This document shows, piece after piece, positions 39,695 to 52,762 of a DNA stretch of 64,000 nt. The notes beneath the pieces were generated by a model. That model did no database searches. It saw only the letters and a program-made list of their open reading frames with translations, and was not told where the DNA came from. Positions within the stretch are counted from its first letter, which is position 1. Each line of letters opens with the position of its first letter. This DNA is from Cirrosporium novae-zelandiae (Eukaryota). The stretch covers positions 186,001 through 250,000 of the forward strand of contig JAPETS010000002.1 in NCBI GenBank assembly GCA_026023565.1, written 5' to 3'. A program made the translations under genes and the position numbers.

Positions 39695-42200
39695 TCATCC
39701 CAGTGTACGGCCTCCGCTAATAATTCCTTGGCTATGTGCTCTTGATGCAATTGGATGTGATGCCATAAGAGGAGGGTTATTGTATTCTCCTCGATTTCGT
39801 TCATTCCATTCGTCCTCATTCAAAACATTTAACCAACCCTTTCCCGCCTCCTGCTTTATTGCTTCGAGTTTTTTTCGGTATAAATCACCATTGAAGTCTA
39901 AGTCCATAGTTTGTCCCGTGGTTCTTCGAATATCCTTCACTGAATCAGACTCTGCCCTAGCTAGCATAGGTGGAGGGCTCTTAAGATCCATCTGACCGAT
40001 GGTGGGTGTGTCTTGGGCACAATCAATTTCTGAAAAAGCTGGTTCTAATTTTGGAGGAGGGGATTTATGTTCAGATGCAGTGCGTGACCTGATTTCTGGA
40101 GACGCATCTGCAATACTTGGCAGCGTGGGACTGGGAATATGCTGGGTTTCTTCGTGAGCGATTTCCACAATCCGTCTTCTCGCACCTTTTCGTCTACGCT
40201 GAGAACCAACCGGAACTCCACCTTCCTCGAACACTTGCTGTGCTGAACTTGGACCTTTAGCAGAAATTTCTTCAACGGCTTTGCTTTTTTGTGCTGGCCT
40301 AGACACCAAGCCAGTATCCTTTTTAGGAACTGGTGGCTTCATAACAGGAACACCTTCTGGTTCAGCTACTCGTTCCACAAGCTGCCTACGCTCACTATAT
40401 CCTGGACCAGTACCATCAATAATAATATCCTCGGTATATCCAGGTGTTTTTCTGAACAAATTGAAAATTATAGTTCGATAAGAAGGATGTGTTTTAACAA
40501 AGGGATTATTGGCAACCCAAATTTCCCGAATGTTAGGAATACCAGTCAGTCTAGCCAACTCGGTAGGATCGGTCATCCTATTCTCTCTAAGGTCAAGCCG
40601 TTCCAAAGAAAGTAATCTCTCTACACCAGCTATTGATTGTAGCCGATTTGCCCGGAGATTCAGTGCAGTTATTGCTGGCAAAGGATTCCTGACTAGAGAA
40701 TGCAAAGAGTCAATCATACAGGATGACAAATTGAGGGCCTTGAGAGCACTCAAGGTTGCCAAGCTATCAGGAATATCAGTGAAGAGATTGGTTGATAGAT
40801 CGAGAGAATGTAGAGTATTGGTCAAAGGACATAGACCGCTAGCACTTATGGAGGTTAGGGAATTGTCAGCCAGACTAAGATGCCGGAGAAATCTCCATTT
40901 GGTAGAAGGAAGGAACCCCATTGTGAGGAGATTTGATGAACTTCCAGGTCGATGATGTTCTATTGAATGAGTACTGGAGTTTGAACTTCCTGAACCAGAA
41001 CGTGTTGTTTTTGAAACCCTAACGAACCGATATGACGAGCCTTGTCTGGAACTCGACGGCCGAGTTGGAGACCTGCTCCCAGTTCGGGGACGAGCCTGTA
41101 ATCGTGAATCCTCGGAACCTCCTCGGACCATGGCAACACTTTGAGGGCTGGAAGCGTGTTCAATTTTGATGGATGCGTGGGGTGAGCCAGGTGCTGAGTT
41201 CGATCTGGAAACTTCAGCTCTATTGAGCGAGTGGGTAGAGGATGTCCATGGCAATGGTGCGGATGACTGTATTTTGGATGATCGTCGCCGCCTTTTGTCC
41301 ATATCGTCAAGCACTATCCCTACAAGAAGGTCAGTTGGGTCTTCGACATTTGCTCGTTTGACAGTAAGAGTCCGAAGTTGCTCGGCAAGTCGATCCCAGC
41401 CATAGAAGTTACGGAAATCCACATCAATCACTTCTAGTGCACTGACGTTCTTAAATGCAGTAATGGGAACAGCCGTGTCGAAGGGAAACTCTTCGTAACC
41501 GGCTATTAATCGTGCTCTGTGATCCGGGGATAACCGTAAACAAGGTATCTTGGTGAATGCAGAGTACAAGTACTTCAAGTCAGCTTCCAATGCGGCTTTC
41601 GCCTTCTCAGATTTGGCAACGGAATTGGATGTTCCCAGCCCAAAACTTGACCATAAAGATGACATGCCCGACATCACACTCCGCACACTTGATACTGAGT
41701 GTATCGAGTCCCGGTCACTACGCGTCTTAGACCTTTGAGCCTGGTTGAGAAACGAAACATAATTTGCAGGCGAAGCTTCAGTATGTATATTTTCCAAGCG
41801 TACGTTCATTGGCCCAACCGCGATACCAAGTTCTTCAAATCTGGAGAGGAGATAGAAGAGATGATGTGGTGTAAGGGTAAGTTTGGCAGGCTTAAGGCTT
41901 TGAGAGGTAAAATTCAAGGAACCAAGAGATAAAGCTGCCGCAAGCGTACTTGTGGTGTTGTAGTTTGAAGATGGAGAAACATCTTTGCTGGAGGTATAAG
42001 ATTGACCATTTTTAGTAGGTTGCCGTTTAAGTTGCAGTGCATTAGCAAGGGCTTTTTCGTGCGTTCGAACAAAGTACGCGAGGTTCTATGAAGAAAAGTG
42101 GTTAGATGAATCCTTTGAATAAATCATGGTGACACGATCGCTAAGATCAGATAGTTTATCGACATACCTTCACGAACAGTTGTCCGTCTTCGCTACTCAT
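39695..42200 (-). CDS. Leucine-rich repeat protein (conserved fungal LRR family)
   Basis: Exons 42200-42168 (MSSEDGQLFVK) and 42085-39695 (NLAYFVRTHEKALANALQL...). LRRs LRHLSLADNSL, LHSLDLSTNLF, LKALNLSSCMI, ITALNLRANRL and LERLDLRENRM, then the IWVANNP cap. Confidence 0.9.
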
Positions 42201-45200
42201 ATTTGCGTAAATAAGATAGCTATGTATAGTTATTGTCCTTTTAAGGACGGACGAGAACAAGAAGAAGTAGATTAATATATTGCTACCTAGTCATCAACCA
42301 CTAGATAGGATTGACTCTTGGACTATTTTCGAACGCGTGGGACGTGAACCGTGGATCTAGTAAGAAGACATTAGCATGCGGCTCTGTGAGGATTGCTATC
42401 ACTGAGACAGTAGTCATGAGGTACAGCACGGCTGTGTTCGGCTACTATTTCATTCACTTGGAGGGGTAAACTGAAAAACCAAGAAACTATTTTGAGTTGG
42501 GGGTTTTTTTGTAAATACCCGACACAAAAATTTTGCAAAATTATTCAAGTATATCACAATTATCCAACACCTACCGACAGGTTCAGAAGTTCTTATGTCC
42601 AGAAAGGGGGTTGAATGTAAGGGCGTTAATGTTTAGAACAATGCCATGACGGAAGCCTCTGTATGGTGGCAGAGGTAGTAGAAGAAGTATCGGGGGGGTT
42701 CGAGGATGAACGTTGAGATCGAGGTCGAGGGGGTTAATTATCTGATGTTGTTGTTATGGAGGAGGAAGAGTATGTTGAAGTATGAAACAGCAACAAACAA
42801 CCGACGGCAAGACTTTTTATTTTTCAAGGAGTGGACAAGGCAGCCAGGGTGAAGAAGGGCGTTCAAGGAGAGGATTCTGGCTACGCTCAGCCAGGTAGGT
42901 TAACACAAACGGGTCAGAGCGCAGTGCAAAGCAAAAGGCCTCCTGAGGTGGTTTATGATATAGAAAGAAAGCTGGTTGCGCTTAGATGCGCGAGGAGCCA
43001 AAGGCAGGGAGGAGGAATAGAGAGGATTTGGAGCAAGTGGAGCGGAGCAGATCTAAATGCTGCTTGGTTGGGGGGAGGGTTGGTAAATTTGCTGTTATGT
43101 AGGAAGGGTACTTTTGATGTCGACAGTCGACAGGGCCCAGTATGTGGTGGAGGGGGTCCGCAGCGCAATGGGGAATGGCGGCAAAGGCTAAAATTGCGAC
43201 GACAAGGACCAGGGCGGCCTCTTGCTGGTGGAACCTGCTGGTATTCTTTCACTAGGGATACGATACTAAGGGTGCTTAAGACAACTAGACTTAAAGTCAC
43301 TCTTACAACTTTTTTTTACTCGAGTAAACCTCTAAACAGGGCCTCTTTAATTAGGAGCTTAAAGACCCGTATTTGGTGGTCATGAACCTATCAGACTTTC
43401 TTATCCCCCTATGTCCAGTCATGACCTAATTAAGACCCTGATACCCTGGTATCTTATCCCTTGGGTTATACCAATCTGTACCAGGCCTATCCCAGCTTAT
43501 CCAGACTATCCCTCATCAGCGCCAATCACCGCGCGTGCGCTGACCACATTTATCCATCGTTCATCAATAGCTTGATCAAATAATAATCACTATTATTGAC
43601 TTTCTCTCCCTTCGTTTTCTCTGCCGTCCGATAACCATTTTCAGTGGTTAGCAGGTTGGCACTCCCTCACCAACCCTCCTCAGCATTCCAGCAGTGTGAC
43701 TTGAAATCACTCAACTTAACTCCCTCGACCACGCCCGTATCTTTCTGTTGCTCAGCTCGCCTTGATAGCGGTCAAGAGTTTTTAAGCAGCAGCAAGCATA
43801 TATCATCTGCGAGATGGAGAGGCATTTGCCGGCCTGATAGGGTGGTTCATAATACAATACATCCATCATACGTCCACCAAGGTCTGCACGCCCCCTGTTT
43901 TCCCTTCAGTCATCTGGCATACCTAGGCATATCGAACCGAGGATTTCTGACCCTCGAACCCCGGAGTTGTATGTTTGGTGCTTGATGCGTCCTAAGCATC
44001 CTAACAGGTCGGGTGGATTCGTGGAACATAGTGTGGGCACTTGGCTTCACACAAGAAAGCTAAAAACTGCCAATAACCATCTTATTGAACATCGTGTTTG
44101 TACTACTCCCACAATGCCTACTTTCCATTACGCTGACCACACATGACGATGCATTGGTTAAATCCTCCATCGTCGTCGTTCAACAAGCGAGAGCCATTCA
44201 TGCAACTAATCTATCTAAACTCATGCATTCTCCAGATGACAGTTTGAGGCAGCGCCTTCCAAGCAACTTCTATCAAATTTCTCAACGTTTCTTAGTTGAA
44301 TTAAACATTGACCCATAGCCATGGTGAGACGGACGAGGACCGACTCGATTAGATAGCTAGACCATCTTATTTATGAAATTCAAAATGGGGGTTTAAATGT
44401 TTAAATGGGGGTTTAATAAGTTTAATCAGTTAGATGAATTGAGGCCCTCGGCGCCCCGGCATGGAGCCGGTATCAGTATCAGTATCTGCAGCTTTCCAGC
44501 AATTCGTCGGCAAGCCGCGCTCAAAAGCGAAGAGAATAAATTGTGCCATTGTGGAATCGTGGATTTTTGACCAGACTTTGGGAGGGGATTCGTGTGAAGC
44601 CAAGCTGGTTGATTGAAGATTGGCTCTGATAAAGACGCTGCTCTCTACAGTAGTTACAGTAGTGACCATTTACCACATCAAAACTATTGATGGAAGTAGA
44701 TCATTCTCGAAAATCCTTGGCGTAGTGTGCAGCTGATCTCATCAAGTTGTGAATCGTGAGTTGTGAAGGCGATTGGAAAACGCCCCCAACTAAAAAAACT
44801 CGCGCTCGCACTTGCACGCACTCCTATCATCATCATCACCATCCTCATCATCTCCCATGGGCCATAAAAATCCCATTTACCAATAATAAGGGGTGGATGG
44901 TCAAGCGAAAAATATGACCAAAGTTGTGATCTCTCACATTCTTACATATTTTTTCCAAGGCATCACGGCCACTATCCCACTATCTTACCCTATTACCACT
45001 ATTTTACCCTATTACCACCATCGGGTCAGTTAGAACACGATTTTTTTTTGAAACCGACATTGCGAATATGGGGCTTTTTTTTCTTCTAGTGTGCGCTTCC
45101 ACTACGCTTCCACCACTCCTATGCCTTTTTACCTTGGGACTGCATATCGTAACCATGCAGTAATAACCTGATAACCTGAGATAATATCGCCGTTTCAATC

Positions 45201-47526
45201 TTCCAACTTTTGCTATCTGATGACAGTTGCAACTTGCCACAGTTGCCCCTCTTTCCCCGTTATCCGCCTAGATGCTCCCAAAGCCATATCGCGACATTTT
45301 ACCACAGAACGGAACAAGATTACCGACTTTATCGCTTCAGTTTTGTGTGCTGGAAAAGTTTTGGCTGTAACCCTGCATTTTCGTTTCGGCGTGCTACATG
45401 GAATGGGTGTTAGCAGAAATTTTGTCTTTCCGTTGCCGGAGGCCACTTGCTGGACTAACCAGTCGGTCTAGAGTTGTTTTTCTTCTGTGCAGTCATGCAG
45501 TCCCAACTGGGAACAGCCTTGATACATTTCACATAAACTTTGAACTACTTTCGACACACAGCTGGTGCCATCTTTCGATCCGTGCCATAACCTAAATTCG
45601 CACTATGGAAACATGGACTCTTTCTATCCCACCCCTGCCATCTTTCAATATCAAAAAAAAAGAGACCCAAAAATCATCATCGCGCCTGGTTGGCCAATTG
45701 GATATTAGACATCTTTTCGGATTTTTGATGTTTGGTATCATCATCTGCACCATGACGGATATAATGGATCAATTTACAACATCGCCCCACAAATATCCCA
45801 GCCTTTCACCTTGAATCTCCAACTACAACATTACGAATAGACATAGAAGAAAGCTTGCGACGATAGTAACGCTAGGAGTTAGGTGATCATCGTTTTTCTT
45901 CCTTCACTTTGGAGATCCTGGTTATCCATACAGTGTCTTGAGCTTGATTACGTCGAGTTTGTGTTTGTCACCTACAGACTAAATCGCCCTAAACACAAAT
46001 CATTCCTCCGAATTCTCCTATTTGCAAACCACATGAATGTACCGAGTACTGTTGCAAGATGTGTCATGATATTCGTTTCCTCTTTTTTTTTCATTTGCCT
46101 TTATCCCTCATACATACTAGTGCAAAGATAAATCTCAGGTGTGACTCGCCTCGCATGTGGCTTGCATCGTTTTCTTTTGACGTTTGAAATCTAAAGATAC
46201 CCTGAACGGCAAATTCTCTCTCACAAACAAGGCTCTTTTAAATCTAGGAAAACCCCACTTCATGTGTGACTTTGCCGTCATAGGCGGTGGATACCAGGAA
46301 TGGTTTTACCTGATCCTCGCTCCCTCCACGATTCGGCAATATCCTTGATCCTTGGGGCACCGTGGAAGCTTCTATTGGACGTGCGCTGTGCTACGAGGTT
46401 AAGCCGAATCAAATAGAGAGAGGTTACCATTGTCGCTTCACTTCCGTAAACGCCAGAACTTAGGAGACCCTCTTCAACGACCGGGCTTGAAATTTGGTTT
46501 AGGGCTGGGGTTGACTTCAATGACAAGATAATACTGCATAACATACCTTATCTAAAGTTGAGCCATAGGTACGTTGGGATCTAGCAGAAAGATCGATCAT
46601 TAGAGATATGCTGGGAGATGTATCATTGGCTCTTCGCTAAATTTTGATATCATTTGAAGGTACACGAGGATATGCTTATTATCTTATCTAAGACACAGGA
46701 TCGTTCTCACAAATTCCCAACAAGGTCGCCAAGAATGCCAATATATAGATAAGCCAACCTCCATTATAAATTACTAATGATCTAAGGGTACCATCGGGTT
46801 GAACAAGAAATGATGGCGTATTTGTGTTCTTGGTCTACGGTACTTTTAGGGACATGGGTTTCACAATCATAGTACATTGTCGATCCTGTTGCACTGATGC
46901 AACAGCCGGGAGAAAGATAGAATAATGAAACAAACAAATTCCAGATAGTTGTCAAACGAAGTTAGAGGGGAAATCTTCGGTTGAATTTCCATAACCGTCC
47001 ACCCGTCATAGCCATCTTGCAGTTAGTAGATCTGGAAGGCTTAGAGGGCTATGATTGCACCACGTTGATGGTGGCGTTGGACGATTTATAAAGTCAAACT
47101 TTACTTTTGCTTCAAATACTCGGTGTATCTCACTCTTGACCGACGATTTTGTGCTTGACTGGACTTTTTTGTGTCTAAGGAGCTGGAGTGCAAGGAGGAA
47201 GAGAATAACTAAATGCCGATCACTGATTCATCATTGATGATCGTGAAGAGAGTTTTGTGCTGTGAGGCGAATAAGGCGAATGATCGGGAAATTTACGGTG
47301 ATAGTTGATACAAGGAAAGAGAAAAAATTCATAAAGTCAGCTGGTAGATAACCTGACTGGCTCATGATGGAGGGATGAAGAGGGAGAAAAAGAAGTAGTA
47401 GTACTTAGTAGTAAGAAAAGGTACGAGAATACCTAGGTACCTAGGTAGGATGGATGGAGATGGATAAAAATGGATAGAGGGATGGAGGGGTACTTTGGGG
47501 GGGATGGATTTAATATTATCCCCCGC

Positions 47527-47534
47527 TGACGTCA
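47527..47534. promoter_or_regulatory. CRE/ATF-type palindrome TGACGTCA
   Basis: Perfect TGACGTCA about 340 nt upstream of the patatin lipase ATG; function unverified. Confidence 0.35.
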
Positions 47535-47666
47535 TGATTATGATCAGCCTTTAGTATCTGGTTGACCGAGGCTGATGAGGCTCGGGGCTCTGGGTGGCCA
47601 AAGACCGATTGATTATTCCCCATTAATGAATTGTTGGGGGTCTTCGTTCCTGCATTAACCCAACAA

Positions 47667-47710
47667 CTCTGCCTCTGCCCTCTGCCCTCTGCCCTCTGCC
47701 CTCTGCCCTC
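47667..47710. repeat. (CCCTCTG)n heptanucleotide repeat
   Basis: ctctgcctctgccctctgccctctgccctctgccctctgccctc. Confidence 0.9.
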
Positions 47711-47874
47711 TTACGGCGTGAGGGCAAAGGGTTCCAAGGGGTACATTTTTGCTTTCTCAAAAAACATATTCTACCAATTAACTATACGCTCATTTCATCC
47801 ATCCTAGTATTAACATCTACCCCCCTCGCCGAATTCTCCTAATCATTTGTTTGTACCTTGATACATGACTCCCT

Positions 47875-50157
47875 ATGGCTGATATCTCCAAGGCTTCAAA
47901 CGGTCCCTCGCCATATTCTGCCGAGGGCTTTGATCCCGAACTCCTTCCTGACTTTCATACCGATTTCCTTAGTCAAGCCGATGTTGACGCCTTCGAAAAA
48001 GCACTCGGCGCCCCTCAAGTTTCTCCTGTCATAGCACTTAACGACTGGCGACCTGTGCGACAAATCGCTCGCAAGAAATCAAAGCGTCACAAGCGTCCCG
48101 TTCGGAGCAAAGATGAAACCCGGGAGGGCCACTTCTACCCCATTCTAAGATATCCACTTTTGATCTTCGTCTTTGGCTGGCTGGTATTGCTTGTTAGCGC
48201 TTATACCATCACACGTCTCTATATCTATGCCTACGAGCATTTCGTCGCTTGGACTGGGAAAAGAGAAAGATATAGACAAAAATTGAGATCCGCCACAAAC
48301 TATGCCGACTGGTTAGAGGCTGCGCAGGAGCTGGATCATTATCTAGGAAATGATCAATGGAAGGAGACTGATGAATATGCATATTACGATTCCCTCACTG
48401 TAAAAAATGTCACCGACCAGCTGGTTAAGCTGAGACTAAAGGCAGAAGAACAAGAGGAGCGAGAGGACATGGATGATCTTCGCGGCCTTCGCCCTATCGA
48501 TGAGCTCAAAAATATGGTTGAGGCGTGTGTTAAAAACAACTTTTGCGGAATTGAGAATCCACGGTTATACAGCGAAGCATATTATGGCACTAAACAACTT
48601 GTTCAAGACTTCATCGAAGAATGTCACGCTTCTCTCAGATTCCTGCTTCAGTCGAGTAAGCTAACGCAAGAAGCCAAGTATGTTTTGAGTCGGCGCCTTG
48701 ACACACAACTTGGTCGTACAGCTTTATGCCTTTCTGGGGGAGCATGTTTTGCATATTATCATTTTGGAATCATAAAGTCTCTTTTGGACTCTAATCTTCT
48801 TCCAGATGTTATCACTGGAACGTCAGGGGGTGCACTCGTTGCCAGTTTGATCGGAACCCGAACTAATGACGAACTCAAGAAACTTCTTGTTCCTGCTTTA
48901 GCTTATCGCATCACAGCTTGCGAAGAGGGAATGTCTTCTTGGATCAAGCGTTGGTACCGTACTGGAGCCCGATTTGACAGCATCGAGTGGGCTAAAAAAA
49001 GTAGTTGGTTCACCCGTGGTAGCCTAACCTTTCGAGAGGCATATGAGCGTACTGGGCGTATTCTCAATGTCTCATGTGTCCCTTCTGACCCACATTCTCC
49101 CACTATTCTCAACAATTATCTCACTTCCCCCGATTGTGTTATTTGGTCTGCGGTCCTTGCTTCCGCCGCCGTTCCGGGTATCCTCAATCCTATTGTTCTC
49201 ATGAAGAAAAATCCGGATGGCTCAATCTCGCCCTACTCGTTCGGTCATAAATGGAAAGATGGTTCTCTGAGAACGGATATTCCTCTCAAAGCTCTCAACT
49301 TACACTTCAACGTCAACTTTTCCCTTGTCTCCCAAGTGAACCCACACGTCAACCTCTTTTTCTTCTCCTCCCGTGGATCTGTTGGCCGCCCAGTCACTCA
49401 CCGCAAGGGTCGTGGTTGGCGCGGCGGCTTCTTAGGTTCCGCTGCTGAACAATATCTCAAACTCGATTTCATCAAGTGGCTCAAAGTCCTTCGCCATTTA
49501 GAACTTCTCCCACGTCCTGCCGGCCAGGATTGGTCTGAAGTCTGGCTCCAACGTTTTGAGGGAACTATCACCGTATGGCCTCGTGGCAAGCTGACCGACT
49601 TCATGTACATTCTTACGGACCCTACACCAGAACGTCTTTCAATGATGTTGCAAGTCGGACAGCAGAGTACATTTCCAAAGTTGAAGTTTCTTGCTAATCG
49701 GATGCTACTTGAAAGGGCGGTCATTGACGGACTGAGGAGTACGGCAGGTGAAGCCGCTGTACATCCTGATCGAAATGCTATCTCGGATCTTAAATTTGCC
49801 AGCCTCTCCCATTCAGACTATACTCCCCAGCAAGCAAATGAAAACTCGCTATCTACTCTATTCTCAAATAGTAGAAGAGTCAGAGTGTCTAGCGAATTCG
49901 CAATCAGCACATCAAGCGGAGAGAGTACAGATGATGAGCCTTTTCCCAGAAAGAGAGTGGAAAGGGTGCAAGGCAGAGCAGGTAGCTTTGTCCCGAGTGT
50001 GTTGGAGGAATTGAGGAGACAGAGCAGAGTCTTTTTTGACGATGCGGAAACAACAGGAGGTGAGGACTCCGAAGCCCCATTGATTGTTAATGGGAGGAAG
50101 GAGAAAAAGACTACCAGTAACACTGAAGAGACGGGGAGAGCAAGAATTGTGAGTTAA
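47875..50157 (+). CDS. Patatin-like phospholipase/triacylglycerol lipase (Tgl3/4/5-like family)
   Basis: 760-aa ORF with an N-terminal TM segment, LCLSGGA oxyanion motif, GTSGG nucleophile elbow, SAAVPG and WKDGS catalytic Asp motif. Confidence 0.93.
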   Translation: MADISKASNGPSPYSAEGFDPELLPDFHTDFLSQADVDAFEKALGAPQVSPVIALNDWRPVRQIARKKSKRHKRPVRSKDETREGHFYPILRYPLLIFVFGWLVLLVSAYTITRLYIYAYEHFVAWTGKRERYRQKLRSATNYADWLEAAQELDHYLGNDQWKETDEYAYYDSLTVKNVTDQLVKLRLKAEEQEEREDMDDLRGLRPIDELKNMVEACVKNNFCGIENPRLYSEAYYGTKQLVQDFIEECHASLRFLLQSSKLTQEAKYVLSRRLDTQLGRTALCLSGGACFAYYHFGIIKSLLDSNLLPDVITGTSGGALVASLIGTRTNDELKKLLVPALAYRITACEEGMSSWIKRWYRTGARFDSIEWAKKSSWFTRGSLTFREAYERTGRILNVSCVPSDPHSPTILNNYLTSPDCVIWSAVLASAAVPGILNPIVLMKKNPDGSISPYSFGHKWKDGSLRTDIPLKALNLHFNVNFSLVSQVNPHVNLFFFSSRGSVGRPVTHRKGRGWRGGFLGSAAEQYLKLDFIKWLKVLRHLELLPRPAGQDWSEVWLQRFEGTITVWPRGKLTDFMYILTDPTPERLSMMLQVGQQSTFPKLKFLANRMLLERAVIDGLRSTAGEAAVHPDRNAISDLKFASLSHSDYTPQQANENSLSTLFSNSRRVRVSSEFAISTSSGESTDDEPFPRKRVERVQGRAGSFVPSVLEELRRQSRVFFDDAETTGGEDSEAPLIVNGRKEKKTTSNTEETGRARIVS

Positions 50158-50833
50158 AACCAGCGCTTGCATATGGACTTGGGGAAGAGGCATATACGAA
50201 CTATTGCAATCATTATTGTGCAAGGTGGCTCCGTTTCACTCATTTACGGAGATTCTGGGAATCTAGACTAGCATCATCATCATCTTTGATTTTTTTAGCG
50301 TGGTGTTGGGTGTGTACTTATATGGGGGATGGGGGAGGGAGGGAGGGCATAGAATACTGGTGGGATACTTACTAACAAGCTAGCGAGCATCAAAGCATAT
50401 GTAGCAGCGTTGACTTTTTTTTTTGTATTTTTTTTTGTGTTTTTTGTACTATAAGACTGGACAGCTTTATATGTACCGTACCTCATCAGCAGCAAAAGTG
50501 ATATTTTTAACGGGCATATTTAATTTCTTCATATTTACTTTTTTTTTTTGCTCTTTGATTTCTTCCTTGTAATGGTGATTAATTGCCAGCTATTTTATTT
50601 TATTCAGGATATAGACTACCTATTTTTCCCCAACACTTCTTTCTCTATTCTGGCGCTCCCTGTTGTTCCAAACAATGTCCTCAATAAGGCTGAAACCGTA
50701 GAAATTCTAAGAGAGAGAGTAAAAAGCAAGAGCCTGTGTTTTAATACATTCTACAAATACTGTGTATGATGGATGGTAGACATATGTATGTGATTGATGG
50801 GATACTAAAAACCCCCCCTGGTAAGGAGGCAAA

Positions 50834-52568
50834 TCAAACCGTCGATCTAGTCCTTTCAATCTGTTCTACCACTCCCTCCCCCCCCTTCTTTTCTTCTATC
50901 CTTCCCTTCGTCGTCGTCGTCGTCTCCCCCCCTACTTCCTTCACCGCCATTCCCGCCACCTTGGCGTCCTCGCCGTCAAACAGTATCGCCACCTCCTCCA
51001 GCGTAGGCCCCTTGGTTTCAATAAAGAAGACATAAACGACCGCAAACTGAATAGCTATCCAGGCGACGTAGAAGAAATAGAACTTCCAGCCGAAGGCGTC
51101 GATGCCGAGGGGGTTGACGTAGGTGTTGAAGGCGCCAGCGGCGCCTGTCAGGAGCCAGAAGAGGGCAATGCCCTTAGCGCGGATGGAGTAGGGGAGGATT
51201 TCGACGACGTAGACCATCATTGCGCCGGTCCAGCCGAGGTTGTGGACGCCCGAGTAGAGGTAAATGAAGGCGACCGAGGCGTAGGAGGCCGAGGTTGAGC
51301 TTGTTTCGACGTAGGTGCCCGTGGTGGCGGTGATGATGGAGAAGACGAGCCACATGAGGGCCATGGAGGTGAGGAGGAGCGGGCGGCGACCGACGCGACC
51401 CGGGAGGAATGCAAAGGCTATAGAGCAGAGGAAGGAGAACATCTGCGAGGTGGCGGTGATGAGGGTTTGGTGGAGCTCCGACGTGATGCCGCTGCTCGTG
51501 AGCATCGACGACAGGTAGTACGACACCAGCCCGTTTCCCGACCACTGCTTGCAGATGCCGCACCAGATGAGGATGAAGCTGCGCCAGCGGTTCCCCGGCG
51601 TGCGCCAGAGTTCCGACCAGCGGGTTTGTTTGGCCGAGATTTCGAGCTCGATAGTCGACAGGATCTCGCGGTATTCCGTTTGCACCACTATGTCGGTTCG
51701 GTCGCCGTTGCCGTGGTATTTGGCTAGGATCGAGAGGGCCTTTTCTTCATGGCTGCGTGCCACCAGCCAGCGGGGGGATTCTGGGAGGAAAAATATCCCG
51801 ACTGCTTGAAGGACGGAGGGGAGAGCTTGGAAGATGGTCGGGATGCGCCAGGCCCTGTGGGAGAGGGGTTGTTATTGGGGGTCTAGTTGGCGGAAAGAGC
51901 GCTATATTAAGGGTAGAAAGAAAGTGCTCACCATGAGCTTGACATCCGAAAGCTTCCAAATGTTATCCAAGCGGCGATAATTGCACCGGTGCTGTATTGG
52001 GTGTTTGACAGGGCGGTTGCTGTAGCACGCTGGCTAGGGTAAGCTAGCTCTGCCATGAGGACAGGGCCTACAGCCCCAACGAGGACACCACCTATTCCAA
52101 GCATGAATCGGCCAACGATGAACATGGCGACGTTGATGGCAGCTGTAGCCAATGCAGTCCCGATAATACATATCATGGAGCCAATGAACATTGCTTGACG
52201 CCTTCCGAGACCGTCGGAAAGGAAGGATATAAAGACGACTCCGGCGACATTTCCGACCCAGTAGGAGGCGGATAGAAGACCGAGGATGTTGCCGGTTGGA
52301 TGGTTGAAGTCTATGCTTCGTATTAGAATTGGTTCATGTTGATAATGAAGGGGAGCATACCATTCTGCCATCTATGTAGCTGCTGGACGTTATTGATCAA
52401 GGAGGCATCGTATCCTTGAACGTATTCGGACATCAGGGGGATGAACAACAGTAGGTTGAGCTTTAGGAGACCACGATCGTGCCACCAGTGACCTATCTTG
52501 TCATCTTGAATAGCTACAGAAGCCACAACATGACGATCTGCCTGCGATTCCTTCTTGAAGAAGCCCAT
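50834..52568 (-). CDS. MFS sugar porter, lactose-permease/cellodextrin-transporter-like
   Basis: Exons 52568-52361, 52310-51932, 51854-50834. Motifs GYDASLINNVQ, DGLGRR, GRFMLGIG, ELAYPSQR, PESPRW, QWSGNGLVSYYL, GRVGRR and ETKGPTLEE. Confidence 0.93.
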
Positions 52569-52745
52569 CGTGTTCGGCGGATGATGAGGATATTGAGGAG
52601 GCTCTGAGTAGCTCTCCTAGGAATTAAGGGATAGCCATGACCCCCAGCAGACTTATATAGAGCAAACAGCTGGGGATTGACAATGAGGAGCTCCAAAGAC
52701 TTCAAGGGTTTCCCATGGTTAGCTCTCCAATAGCATTCGGTTCTT

Positions 52746-52762
52746 CGGGATCATAATGACCG
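52746..52762. promoter_or_regulatory. CGG-N11-CCG candidate Zn2Cys6 transcription-factor site
   Basis: CGG GATCATAATGA CCG in the divergent promoter between the permease and the beta-propeller gene. Confidence 0.4.

Noticed and set aside
42831..43385. 184-aa and 115-aa overlapping ORFs
   Set aside because: Non-ATG starts, no recognisable motifs, and the sequence looks like the promoter/leader of the LRR gene.
43930..43965. Two TCGAACC (T-loop/B-box-like) motifs suggesting a tRNA
   Set aside because: No cloverleaf, acceptor stem or A-box could be built on either strand.
47430..47447. 18-bp perfect palindrome TACCTAGGTACCTAGGTA
   Set aside because: Explained as a tandem duplication of a self-complementary 8-mer; no further structure.
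42300..47800. Telomerase RNA candidate in the long spacer
   Set aside because: No TAACCCTAA template was found by eye; only a 7-nt TAACCCT near 45367.
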